The translations under genes and the position numbers were made by a program. The notes below the pieces were generated by a model. It was not told the origin of the DNA and did not search any database. It saw nothing but the letters and a program-made list of their open reading frames with translations. From Candidatus Borkfalkia excrementigallinarum (lineage in GTDB: Bacteria; Bacillota; Clostridia; Christensenellales; Borkfalkiaceae), in NCBI GenBank assembly GCA_019115885.1, contig DXCQ01000020.1, forward strand, positions 5,475 through 69,474: DNA of 64,000 nucleotides, written 5' to 3'. Numbering within the stretch: position 1 is the first letter of the stretch; every line of letters begins with the position of its first letter. Positions 9,934-19,417 of this stretch are shown one piece after another.

Positions 9934-10251
9934 ATGGATACTTCTTACAGAGAGTTAAAGTGCAAAGACGTTGTTAATATCGTCGACGGGCGCAATCTCG
10001 GTCGGACATGCGATATCGTTTTCACCTTTCCGGAGGGAAAGGTGTACGGCATCGTTGTGCCCGGCAAGCGCGGGTGCCACTTTTTTAAGAACAACGATCT
10101 GTTTATATCTCTGAAAAACGTGGTCAAGATCGGCGCCGACGTCGTGCTGGTAGATTTAAAGGGGATGCGAGCCGACCGCCCCGGCAAAAAACCGGGCGGG
10201 TTTGCCTGCCCGCCGTCGGAGGATCGGCGCGATTACGGCGAATACGAATAA
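9934..10251 (+). CDS. YlmC/YmxH family sporulation PRC-barrel protein
   Basis: ELKCKDVVNIVDGRNLG...IVVPG...NVVKIGADVVLVD; SD AGGAGGAG. Confidence 0.85.
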   Translation: MDTSYRELKCKDVVNIVDGRNLGRTCDIVFTFPEGKVYGIVVPGKRGCHFFKNNDLFISLKNVVKIGADVVLVDLKGMRADRPGKKPGGFACPPSEDRRDYGEYE

Positions 10252-10353
10252 AAACCGCCGCCAAAATAAGCTCGTCCGCGCTTTGCCGTTTGACTTTTTT
10301 CTTCTTTTGCCGTACAATGCTTATTGTAGTTTTATCTTGCGGAGGAAGAAAGG

Positions 10354-11208
10354 ATGACGGTCGAAACCATCGATTTATATGACTATTTCAAGCTGCCGCG
10401 GAGCGGTGCAAAAAAGGGCATTTTAACCGCGTATCGCCACGGGCAGTTTACCGAATTGCAGGTGAAAAAGCGCCGCGCGGCGATGCTCGTATTACCGGGA
10501 GGGGCATATGCAATGGTATCGCAGCGGGAGGCAGAGCCCGTTGCTCTCCGCTATTTTGCAGAGGGGCTTGACGCTTTCGTGCTCGATTACGACGTTGCGC
10601 CGAAGCATTATCCCACGCAGCTTTTGCAGGCGGGCATGGCGATGCTGTATCTGCGGCGGGAAGCGGGCTCGCTGTACATCGACGATGAGCATATCGCCGC
10701 GATCGGCTTTTCGGCGGGCGGCCATCTGTGCGGCTGCATTTCCCTTTTGTGGGACGATCCCGCGCTCGTGCAGGCGTTCGGGAAAGAGGAATGCGTGCGG
10801 ATACGCCCCGATGCTTCTGTCCTTTCCTATCCTGTCGTCACATTCGGCGAGTGGCACAGTCATGGCGGCTCGTTTGAAAACTTCTGCGGCGACGCGGTAA
10901 AAAAAGAGGATTACTCGCTCGAAAAAAAAGTGCGTTCCTCCGCGTCTCCCTGCTTTATTTGGGCAAACACGACCGACGAGGCGGTCCCGCCCGAAAACGC
11001 CGTGCTGCTGTACAGCGCTCTGCGCAGGGCGGGTGTCCCTGCCGAACTGCACGTTTTCGAGCAGGGTTGGCACGGTATGTCGCTGTGCAACGGCGAGGTG
11101 GAGCAGGAGGAAGTCAATGACGCCGTTCGCGCGCACGTTTCGCATTGGATCGAGCTGTCGGTCGAGTTTTTGCGCGCGCATGGTTTTTCCACGATCACGG
11201 TCCGGTAA
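10354..11208 (+). CDS. Alpha/beta hydrolase (carbohydrate esterase-like)
   Basis: LPGGAY, GFSAGGH nucleophile elbow, SYPVV, D(EAVP), GWHG. Confidence 0.9.
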   Translation: MTVETIDLYDYFKLPRSGAKKGILTAYRHGQFTELQVKKRRAAMLVLPGGAYAMVSQREAEPVALRYFAEGLDAFVLDYDVAPKHYPTQLLQAGMAMLYLRREAGSLYIDDEHIAAIGFSAGGHLCGCISLLWDDPALVQAFGKEECVRIRPDASVLSYPVVTFGEWHSHGGSFENFCGDAVKKEDYSLEKKVRSSASPCFIWANTTDEAVPPENAVLLYSALRRAGVPAELHVFEQGWHGMSLCNGEVEQEEVNDAVRAHVSHWIELSVEFLRAHGFSTITVR

Positions 11209-11291
11209 CGCGGCTTTGCATAATAAAAGGCAGACGCTTTTTCGGCGGCTGCCTTTTATCTTGCAGGGTACTTTTTGGGTGGGATAGGCGG

Positions 11292-12332
11292 CTATATCCC
11301 CGCCGTTTCGCGTATCTTGGCGGCGATGGTGCCGTTTCCCGCGCAAAAGTTCGCCGCGGCGAGGTTTCGGCGCAAGGCTGCATCGGCGGCGAGCGTGCGC
11401 AGCCCCGCGAGCAGGCTTTCGGGCGAAAGATCGGCCTCGCGCAGTACGCGGCACAGCCCGCGCCGTTTGAAGTACAGCGCGTTTTCAACCTGGTCCCCGC
11501 GCGAGCGCTTGTTTTCGAGCGGCACGAGCAGCGCTGGCTTTTTCAGCGCGATCAGTTCAAATACCGTATTCGAGCCCGCGCGGGAGATAACGAAGTCCGC
11601 CGCCGCATAAGCGGAAGCCATGTCGTTTTCATAGGCGAGGGGCAGATATCCGCGCTGTTTTTCCGGCCCCGCGTGATTTCCGCGGATATGCAGAACGTCG
11701 AACGTTTTCAATATCTCCGGCATCGCGCCTTCCGCCGCACGGTTGATCGCCATGCTGCCGCTCCCGCCCCCGAACAGGAGCAAAACGGGCTTTTGCCCCG
11801 AAAATCCGTACCGTTCGAGCGCTTTGCCGCGGTCGCCGCGCAGCAGTTCCGCGCGCACGGGCGAGCCGGAATATTCCCCGTTTTTCAGCTTTTTCGCCGT
11901 TTCGGGAAAACTCGTGAGCACGATTTTGCACCGCTTGGCGATGATGCGGTTCGCCAATCCCGCCGAAAGGTCGGATTCGTGCGACAATACGGGTATGCCC
12001 ATCCGCTTTGCCGCAATAACGACGGGCAGCGCCACATATCCGCCCTTGGAGAACACGATATCCGCCTTTGCGGCGGCGAGCGCGCGTTTCGCCGCAAAAA
12101 CGCTGCGGCAGAACCGATAGGGCAGGCCGATGTTTTTCAGCAGGGAACCGCGCACGAATTTGGCGCATCGCACGGTGTAATAGGGCACGCCGCGCCCCTT
12201 CATCAGTTCCCGTTCGATCCCGTCTGAGCCGATGTATGCGATGTTGAAATCCTCTTTCAGTGCGGGGATGAGCGCGATATTCGGCACAACGTGCCCCGCG
12301 CTGCCCCCGCCCGTCATGATCAGGTTTTTCAT
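11292..12332 (-). CDS. murG: Lipid I N-acetylglucosamine transferase MurG
   Basis: MTGGGSAGHVVP, FSKGGYVALP, HESD, GGGSGS, ISRAGSNT, GDQVENA. Confidence 0.95.
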   Translation of the reverse strand: MKNLIMTGGGSAGHVVPNIALIPALKEDFNIAYIGSDGIERELMKGRGVPYYTVRCAKFVRGSLLKNIGLPYRFCRSVFAAKRALAAAKADIVFSKGGYVALPVVIAAKRMGIPVLSHESDLSAGLANRIIAKRCKIVLTSFPETAKKLKNGEYSGSPVRAELLRGDRGKALERYGFSGQKPVLLLFGGGSGSMAINRAAEGAMPEILKTFDVLHIRGNHAGPEKQRGYLPLAYENDMASAYAAADFVISRAGSNTVFELIALKKPALLVPLENKRSRGDQVENALYFKRRGLCRVLREADLSPESLLAGLRTLAADAALRRNLAAANFCAGNGTIAAKIRETAGI

Positions 12333-12473
12333 GGAAAGCCTCCCGTTTGCACTGTTAGTATATTTGCATTTTGCGCAAAATATTATCGTTGCAGGGAGGA
12401 TTTTTCGTAAAGTGCTTTACAAAAATCAAAAAATAGGGTACAATAATACGCAAATAACGCAGGGGAGGGGCAT

Positions 12474-13373
12474 ATGATATTCAGTTCCTACGACAAAAAA
12501 GAGATCTACGTGCGTGAATGGACAGACGTAGCCGAACCGTGCGGCGTGGTGCAGATCGCGCACGGCATGAACGAATATGCCGCGCGGTACGATGCGTTCG
12601 CGCGCCGGCTGAACGAGATGGGGTATGCGGTAGTGGCAGACGATCACCGCGGCCACGGCGATACCGATGCGGAAACGCTCGGCTATGCCGAAGGGGAAAT
12701 GTTTTCGGATACCGTCAAGGATATGGCGGGTATCGCCAAATATTACCGCGAAAAATTCTCCGGGGTAAAATATATCCTGTTCGGGTTTTCCTACGGCTCC
12801 TTTCTTACGCAGTCGTTCATCGAAAAATATTCCCGCTTTCTGGACGGCGCGATCATCGCCGGCAGTTCGCGGCAGAACGCGCTCGCCGTACACGTCGGCT
12901 CCCTCGCGGCGCGCCTCGGCGGGTTGGCCAAGGGGAAAGACGCACCCGCCAATTTCGTCAACAAAGCGGTGTTCGGCGGCTACGATAAAAAGTTTTCCGA
13001 CCGCGAATTTTTGAGCACGGACGCGGAAAACAATGAAAAATACCACGCCGATCCGTATTGCAATTTCGTATGCAGCAACAATTTTTTTATTGAATTTTTC
13101 AAGGGGCTGAACGGGTTGTATAAAAGATCCAACGCCGCGGGGCTGGATCTCTCCCTCCCGCTCCTCTTGATTTCGGGCGCCGACGACGCCGTGGGCGGCG
13201 AAAAGGGCGTCGGCAGGCTGTATGATTTTTATAAAAAATGCGGCGTAAAGGACGTTACCAAGTACCTCATCCAAGGCTCGCGGCACGAGTTTTTGAACGA
13301 ACGCGAGCACTTCGAGGAGGCGTTCGGGCAGATTTCCGCCTTTATAAAGCGCTTGCCCGTCCGCAAAAAATAA
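12474..13373 (+). CDS. Alpha/beta hydrolase (lysophospholipase-like)
   Basis: QIAHGMNEY, DDHRGHG, GFSYG, GADD, SRHEFLNE. Confidence 0.9.
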   Translation: MIFSSYDKKEIYVREWTDVAEPCGVVQIAHGMNEYAARYDAFARRLNEMGYAVVADDHRGHGDTDAETLGYAEGEMFSDTVKDMAGIAKYYREKFSGVKYILFGFSYGSFLTQSFIEKYSRFLDGAIIAGSSRQNALAVHVGSLAARLGGLAKGKDAPANFVNKAVFGGYDKKFSDREFLSTDAENNEKYHADPYCNFVCSNNFFIEFFKGLNGLYKRSNAAGLDLSLPLLLISGADDAVGGEKGVGRLYDFYKKCGVKDVTKYLIQGSRHEFLNEREHFEEAFGQISAFIKRLPVRKK

Positions 13374-13477
13374 AAAATCTGTAAAAGGGCGAAGGAGGGG
13401 CGCGCAAATTTGTACGCCCCTCCTTCATTCCGTTGTATGCAATATGCGTCAGGTGAGTTTTTGAAGAAAGGGGAAAA

Positions 13478-14347
13478 TTATCGCTTTGCCCTGTCTGCGG
13501 CGGCGATGGCGGACAGCACGGGCCTGATCCAAAGCGGCGCACGGAAAGCGCGCTTTGCGAGGATCCCGATAAAATGCGCCCGCTCTTTGGCGGCAACGCG
13601 CAGCGCCATGTTCTCCGATTTCAAAAATTCATCGAACAGGCGCAGTTCCTCCGTCTTATTTTTTGCGGCGAGTTCCGCGTACGTCCCCGCGATCCTTCGG
13701 CGCGCATAGCGGAAAGCGAACCGATATTTCCGCTCGTCCAACCCCGCCTTTATGTCGTCGAAAAACAGGATAAAGGCGCGCAGCCATTGCTCCGCCTCCA
13801 TCGCGCCGGCACCGTTTTCGCCGGCGTCGCATACATACAGGTCGAGCGAAGCGGTATGTTCGGAAAGGAGCAGCAGCGCGGCGAGCCGTTCGCCCCGCCC
13901 CGCCGCGCGCAGTGCGGGCGGCAGTTTTTCGTAGAGGGAGCGCTTTGCGGCATAAGCGAGCGCACGCGGAGAAAACGCGCCTTCGAGGAGTGCTTCCTCC
14001 GTCAGGGGCTTTTCATTCCGCGCCGCGCGCATGAGCAGCAGTTCGTCGTCGCGCGTTTCCAGCTCGGCGAGCATACGCTCTGCCTCTTCCGCGCGCCAGC
14101 GCCCCTCCGAAAAGAGCACGAATTTTCCGCGCGGCGCTCCGCTGTCGGAAAAGGAGAGTCGAGGGAACGCCTCCGCCGCGCTTTGCACGGCGCCGAATAC
14201 TTCGCTGCCGTCGGGGAGCAGGGGAAACAATGTTTCCGCGTCCGTCCCGCCCTGCACGATAACGGAAAGGGGCGGCAAAATTTCCTCATCAGAAGGCAAT
14301 GCTTCGGGGAGGCTTTTCTTCTTCTTTTTCCAAAACGCAAATTTCAT
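13478..14347 (-). CDS. Hypothetical protein, weak GT2 glycosyltransferase-like pattern without DxD
   Basis: LSVIV and PRGKFVLF followed by SEG where GT2 enzymes have D-x-D; start MKFAFWKKKK at 14347. Confidence 0.55.
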   Translation of the reverse strand: MKFAFWKKKKKSLPEALPSDEEILPPLSVIVQGGTDAETLFPLLPDGSEVFGAVQSAAEAFPRLSFSDSGAPRGKFVLFSEGRWRAEEAERMLAELETRDDELLLMRAARNEKPLTEEALLEGAFSPRALAYAAKRSLYEKLPPALRAAGRGERLAALLLLSEHTASLDLYVCDAGENGAGAMEAEQWLRAFILFFDDIKAGLDERKYRFAFRYARRRIAGTYAELAAKNKTEELRLFDEFLKSENMALRVAAKERAHFIGILAKRAFRAPLWIRPVLSAIAAADRAKR

Positions 14348-14475
14348 GGCAAAACACTCCGCTTTTTCGGCAGAGCCATTGTACCATATTTTGCGCCGAA
14401 GTTCAAGCGCCGCGCGCCGTTTGTGCAAATATGCGGCAAATCCCGCGCAAAATGTACGTCCGCCCGCTCATGCGG

Positions 14476-14504
14476 TTGCTATTTCCGCGCAATCGTGTTA
14501 TAAT
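14476..14504 (+). promoter_or_regulatory. SigA promoter of the HAD gene
   Basis: TTGCTA-17-TATAAT; ATG follows 8 nt later. Confidence 0.65.
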
Positions 14505-14512
14505 GTTGCATT

Positions 14513-15190
14513 ATGGAACAAAAGCGGAATATCCGCGCCGCCGTTTTCGATTTAGACGGCACGCTCATCGACAGTATGGAGATATGGCGCGAGGTGGACG
14601 AAGATTTTTTCGCGCGGCGCGGCATGCCTGTGCCCGAAAACTATCAAGAGCGCATCGCGCATCTCGGCTTTCGCGAGTGTGCGGATTTCACCGTCCGCAA
14701 TTATCTTCCCGTCGAATCGCGGGAGGCGGTCATCGAGGAATGGCGGGAGCTTTCCCTCTCCAAATACTCCGCCGCCGACGGCGCGAAGTATTTCAAGGCG
14801 GGAGCGATCGGCCTTTTGCGCCGTCTGAAAGGGGCGGGGCTGCGTTTGGGCGTAGCCACGGCGTCGTCGCCCGATTTTTATATGCCCATCCTGTGCGCGG
14901 GCGGCGTCGATTCGCTGTTCGATGCGTTCACCACCGTCGACGAGGCGGGCAGAAACAAGAGCTTTCCCGATATATTCCGCATCAGCGCGCAAAAGCTGGG
15001 CGTTCTGCCCAAAGAATGCGCCGTGTTTGAAGACAATCTTACCGCCCTGCGCGCGGCAAAGAGCACGGGTATGTTCGCCGTCGGCGTGTACGACGAGGCG
15101 TCGCGCGCGGCGCACGCCGCAATGGAGCGCGAGGCAGATTTGTTTCTCCGTTCCTTTCTCGATGCGGCCGATTTTTTTGCCCGCGTTTAA
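14513..15190 (+). CDS. HAD-family phosphatase (beta-phosphoglucomutase-like)
   Basis: FDLDGTLIDS, VATAS, NKSFPDIF, VFEDN. Confidence 0.92.
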   Translation: MEQKRNIRAAVFDLDGTLIDSMEIWREVDEDFFARRGMPVPENYQERIAHLGFRECADFTVRNYLPVESREAVIEEWRELSLSKYSAADGAKYFKAGAIGLLRRLKGAGLRLGVATASSPDFYMPILCAGGVDSLFDAFTTVDEAGRNKSFPDIFRISAQKLGVLPKECAVFEDNLTALRAAKSTGMFAVGVYDEASRAAHAAMEREADLFLRSFLDAADFFARV

Positions 15191-15221
15191 CGGCAAATTC
15201 AATTCCTAAGAGGTATATGAT

Positions 15222-16205
15222 ATGTACGCTTCCAAACTCAATTTGATCGAAACGGAGAGGGCGCTCAAAGAGATCAAGCACACCTTTGAACTCGAACTTT
15301 CGCAGGCGCTCAACTTAACGCGCATCAGCGCGCCGCTGTTCGTTTCCAAAAACAGCGGGCTGAACGACGATCTGAACGGCGTCGAGCGCGCCGTTTCTTT
15401 CGATATCAAGGCGACGGGCGAAACGGCAGAAGTGGTGCATTCGCTCGCCAAGTGGAAGCGCTATGCCCTCGCCAAGTATCGGTTCGGCGCCTATTTCGGC
15501 CTGTACACCGATATGAACGCCATCCGTCGCGACGAGGATCTCGATAACCTTCATTCCGTTTACGTCGACCAATGGGATTGGGAGGCGGTCATTCTGCGCA
15601 AGGACAGAACGCTCGATTATCTGAAAAATACCGTCAAAAAGATATACGCTGCGCTCAAAGCGACGGCCGCGCGCCTGTGCCGCGAATATCCCGTCCTCGA
15701 CAATTATTTCAGCGACGATATCGTTTTTGTCACCACGCAGGAGCTGGAAGACAAATATCCCGGCAAAACGCCCAAGGAGCGCGAAACGGCGTTCGTGCGC
15801 GAGCACGGCGCGGCGTTCATCATGCAGATCGGCGGCAGGCTGAGATCGGGGCAGAAACACGACGGCCGCGCGCCCGATTACGACGATTGGTCGCTCAACG
15901 GGGATATCGTGCTCTATTATCCCGTGCTCGACTGCGCGTTTGAAATTTCTTCGATGGGCATCCGGGTAGATGAAAAGAGCCTGGTCTCCCAGTTGGAGGC
16001 GGAAGGGTGCACCGAACGGTTGGAATATCCCTTTCATAAGGCACTTGTATCGGGCGAGTTGCCGCTCACGATGGGCGGCGGCATCGGGCAGTCGCGCCTG
16101 TGTATGTATATCCTCAACAAGAAGCACATCGGGGAAGTGCAGGTTTCCCTGTGGGACGAGAAAACCGAGCGCTACTGCCGCGAAAATAACATCGTTTTAA
16201 TGTGA
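15222..16205 (+). CDS. asnA: Aspartate--ammonia ligase
   Basis: VHSLAKWKR, YTDMNAIRRDE, YVDQWDWE, HDGRAPDYDDW, EISSMGIRV, GGGIGQSR. Confidence 0.97.
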   Translation: MYASKLNLIETERALKEIKHTFELELSQALNLTRISAPLFVSKNSGLNDDLNGVERAVSFDIKATGETAEVVHSLAKWKRYALAKYRFGAYFGLYTDMNAIRRDEDLDNLHSVYVDQWDWEAVILRKDRTLDYLKNTVKKIYAALKATAARLCREYPVLDNYFSDDIVFVTTQELEDKYPGKTPKERETAFVREHGAAFIMQIGGRLRSGQKHDGRAPDYDDWSLNGDIVLYYPVLDCAFEISSMGIRVDEKSLVSQLEAEGCTERLEYPFHKALVSGELPLTMGGGIGQSRLCMYILNKKHIGEVQVSLWDEKTERYCRENNIVLM

Positions 16206-16206
16206 T

Positions 16207-16917
16207 ATGGGTACAATTCGGGTCAAAGACAGAAAGAATACAAAATTCATCGCCCACCGCGGTTTGAGCGGTTTGGAGATCGAAAATACGCTTGCGGCGT
16301 TCGTTGCGGCGGGCAACCGCGATTATTTCGGCGTGGAAACGGATATCCATGTTACGTCGGACGGAAAATTTGCCGTATATCACGACGATTCGACCGGCCG
16401 CCTGTGCGATGCGGATATACCTTTGGAGGGGAGCTCCCTCGCAGCGCTGCGTGCGCTGCGCTTTTCGGGCGAACGTGCGTTCGGGCAATGTATCCCCACG
16501 CTCGAAGAATACCTTCTCGCCCTGCGCCCGTATGGAAAAACGGCGGTCATCGAACTGAAAAATCCGATGCGGGGCGAAAAGATATCTGAGATCGCCGCGA
16601 GGTGTTCGTCGCTGTATCCGGCGGATAAAATTATTTTTATTTCCTTTTTTATGGAAAATTTGGAGAATCTGCGCAGGATCTTACCGCGGCAGAGGGTGCA
16701 GTTTTTAACGGGCGAATATTCCTCCGGGCTCGTTTCGCGTTTGGCGGAGGCGGGCATGGAACTGGATATCGCTTATCCTGAACTGACGGCGGCGCGGGTA
16801 GAGGAATTGCACCGCCGCGGCGTTTGCGTCAACTGTTGGACGTGCGATGATCCCGCCGCGGCGCAGGATTTGATCGATTGGGGCGTGGATATGCTCACGA
16901 CGAATATATTGCAGTAA
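16207..16917 (+). CDS. Glycerophosphodiester phosphodiesterase
   Basis: IAHRG...ENT, VETDIH, HD, IELK, VNCWTCD, MLTTN. Confidence 0.92.
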   Translation: MGTIRVKDRKNTKFIAHRGLSGLEIENTLAAFVAAGNRDYFGVETDIHVTSDGKFAVYHDDSTGRLCDADIPLEGSSLAALRALRFSGERAFGQCIPTLEEYLLALRPYGKTAVIELKNPMRGEKISEIAARCSSLYPADKIIFISFFMENLENLRRILPRQRVQFLTGEYSSGLVSRLAEAGMELDIAYPELTAARVEELHRRGVCVNCWTCDDPAAAQDLIDWGVDMLTTNILQ

Positions 16918-16935
16918 GATCTTATTATGCAATTT

Positions 16936-16972
16936 GGCAAGCAGGCACGGCGATACGCCGTGCCTGCTTGCC
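16936..16972 (+). terminator. Hairpin terminator
   Basis: GGCAAGCAGGCACGGCG / CGCCGTGCCTGCTTGCC perfect 17-bp arms. Confidence 0.75.
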
Positions 16973-17153
16973 GCCTTTGAAAAATTTTTAAGAGAGAATT
17001 TTTTCGGCATACCGCTCATTAAAATCCTTTTCAGCATAAAGGACGGATGTACGGCTGATAGACAAACCTTTTCAGATCAAAGGCTTGGCATACGGTTTAT
17101 TGACCGCTTTTTTTTCGATTCAAAAAATTTTTACGGTTTGCGGCTCTAATTTC

Positions 17154-17215
17154 TTGACGGGCAGCGCTTTTTTATTTTATAATATAGTTGCGAGTGCAAC
17201 AGTTGCGCACGCAAT
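17154..17215 (+). promoter_or_regulatory. Promoter with two tandem palindromic MarR-type operators
   Basis: TTGACG-18-TATAAT, then GTTGC-N4-GCAAC (17187-17200) and GTTGC-N4-GCAAT (17202-17215) directly before marR. Confidence 0.65.
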
Positions 17216-17234
17216 CAAAAAGGAGGGAATAGCG

Positions 17235-17678
17235 ATGCCTGCTTTCATGAAGCATTTGGGGGAGGTGTGGCGCTGCGCCAATCTCTACCGCACGGAAGAA
17301 TTTGAAGAGCTCGGTTTGGGCGGATATCAGGATTCCTATATTTTACAGGTGTGCCGTCAGCCGGGCATCGCGCAGGAAAAGCTGGCGGGGCTTATTTATG
17401 TGCACAAGAGCAACGTGGCGCGGCAGCTCAACTCGCTGGAAGAAAAGGGGTTTATCATGCGCGAGGCCGACCCGAACGACCGGCGCGGCCTGCTCGTATA
17501 TCCCACGGAAAAGGCGTATGCGGCGATCGGACGCATACGCGAGGTACACGGCCGCTGGAACGAATTGGTGCTCGAAGGGCTGAGCGAACGGGAGCGCGAG
17601 GAAGTGGCGCGGTATGCGCAGATCCTCGCGGAAAACGCTAAGCGCATCATCGGACAGGGCGGGGGAGGAAAGGAATGA
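17235..17678 (+). CDS. MarR-family regulator
   Basis: QEKLAGLIYVHKSNVARQLNSLEEKGFIMR..D..DRR; SD AGGAGGG, ATG 17235. Confidence 0.92.
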   Translation: MPAFMKHLGEVWRCANLYRTEEFEELGLGGYQDSYILQVCRQPGIAQEKLAGLIYVHKSNVARQLNSLEEKGFIMREADPNDRRGLLVYPTEKAYAAIGRIREVHGRWNELVLEGLSEREREEVARYAQILAENAKRIIGQGGGGKE

Positions 17679-19417
17679 AGCGCATAGTCGGCTATCTCTC
17701 CGCATATAAGGGGCGCATGGCGGGCGGTTTTTCCCTGAAAGTGGCGGGCACGCTCGCGGAGCTTTTTCTGCCCCTTATCATGGAACATATGATCGACGTC
17801 GTTGCGCCGACGCACAGCGTGCTCGCATTGTCGCTGTGGGGCGTAGGGATGCTCGCCGTCGCGGTGGTTGCATGGGCGGGCAACGTGATTGCCAACCGCA
17901 TGGCGTCGAAAGTCGCGCGCGACACCACCGAGCGCCTGCGCTCCGATCTGTTCGCGAAAACGCTGTCGCTGTCCGCCCGCCAGACGGATGCAGAAACGGT
18001 GCCTTCGCTCGTTTCCCGCCTGTCCACGGATACGTACAACGTGCATACCATGGTCGGCATGATGCAGCGCATCGGCGTGCGCGCGCCCATCCTGCTCATC
18101 GGCGGGGTGGCGCTCACCTTTACCGTCGACGCAATGCTCGCGCTCATACTGCTCGTTACCGTGCCATTCCTCGTGCTCATCTCCGTGTTTGTGGCGATGA
18201 AGGGCATCAAGCTGTACACCCGCCTGCACGCCTCGGTCGACGTGATGGTGCGCAAGGTCCGCGACGATTATACGGGCATCCGCGTCATCAAGGCGCTGTC
18301 CAAAACCGAGCACGAGAGCGCGGCATTCCGCGGCATCAACGAAACCATCGTGCGCAACGAAACCAAGGCGAACGTTACGACGGGCGTCTCCAATCCCATC
18401 ATGAACGTTGTGCTCAACCTCGGCATGACGGCGGTCATCTTTTTCGGCGCCTACCGCATCGCGGGCGGGCAGGCGGAGCCGGGCGCGCTCGTCGCGTTCA
18501 CTTCCTTTTTTACCATCATCCTCAATGCAGTCATTTCCATCGGCCGCGTGTTTGTCGAACTCTCGCGCGGCACCGCCTCGGCAAAGCGCATCGAGGAGGT
18601 TTTAAACCTCCCGCAGGAACTGCTGCCCGAATGCTGCCCGCAGGATAAAAGCGGCGCGCTCATTCGTTTCGAAAATGTTTCCTTTTCCTACGGCGGCGCG
18701 CCCGCCCTGCGGGATATCTCCTTTTCGGTTGGTCGCGGCGAATCGCTCGGCGTTATCGGCGCCACGGGCAGCGGCAAAAGCACCCTCGTCAACCTGCTCC
18801 TGCGCTTTTACGATGCGGAACAGGGCGCCGTGTATATCGACGGCGTGAACGTAAAGAGCTATCCGAAAGAGGAGCTCTGCAAAAAGTTCGGCGTCGTCTT
18901 TCAGAACGATTTTCTGATGGCGGCGAGCATACGCGAAAATATCGACTTCGAGCGCGGCCTCGCGCAGGAAAACGTCGAGGCCGCGGCGGGGTATGCGCGC
19001 GCGGCGGAATTTATCGCGGAGCACGGCGGGTACGAGGGCATGCTCACGGCGCGCGGCGGAAATTTCAGCGGCGGGCAGAAACAGCGTCTGCTCATCGCTC
19101 GTGCGCTCGCGGCAAAGCCCGAAATACTCATCCTCAACGATTCATCGAGCGCGCTCGACTACCGCACCGACGCGAGCCTGCGCCGCGCGCTGCTCGAAAA
19201 TCTGTCCGATACCGCGGTGGTCATGATCGCCCAGCGCATCAGCTCGGTGCGCTTTGCCGATCATATCCTCGTGCTCGACGGCGGAAAAATGGTCGGGTTC
19301 GGCACGGACGAGGAGCTCATGCGCTCCTGCGAAACATACCGGCGCATCTACCGTTCGCAGCACGGGGAGGATAGCGAAAGCGAGGGAGGTGAACAATATG
19401 CCGATGTCCGCGCGTGA
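17675..19417 (+). CDS. ABC exporter TMD+NBD subunit (degenerate ATPase site)
   Basis: TM helices, GATGSGKS, FSGGQKQR, Walker B ILILND; ATGA overlap with marR. Confidence 0.95.
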   Translation: MKRIVGYLSAYKGRMAGGFSLKVAGTLAELFLPLIMEHMIDVVAPTHSVLALSLWGVGMLAVAVVAWAGNVIANRMASKVARDTTERLRSDLFAKTLSLSARQTDAETVPSLVSRLSTDTYNVHTMVGMMQRIGVRAPILLIGGVALTFTVDAMLALILLVTVPFLVLISVFVAMKGIKLYTRLHASVDVMVRKVRDDYTGIRVIKALSKTEHESAAFRGINETIVRNETKANVTTGVSNPIMNVVLNLGMTAVIFFGAYRIAGGQAEPGALVAFTSFFTIILNAVISIGRVFVELSRGTASAKRIEEVLNLPQELLPECCPQDKSGALIRFENVSFSYGGAPALRDISFSVGRGESLGVIGATGSGKSTLVNLLLRFYDAEQGAVYIDGVNVKSYPKEELCKKFGVVFQNDFLMAASIRENIDFERGLAQENVEAAAGYARAAEFIAEHGGYEGMLTARGGNFSGGQKQRLLIARALAAKPEILILNDSSSALDYRTDASLRRALLENLSDTAVVMIAQRISSVRFADHILVLDGGKMVGFGTDEELMRSCETYRRIYRSQHGEDSESEGGEQYADVRA

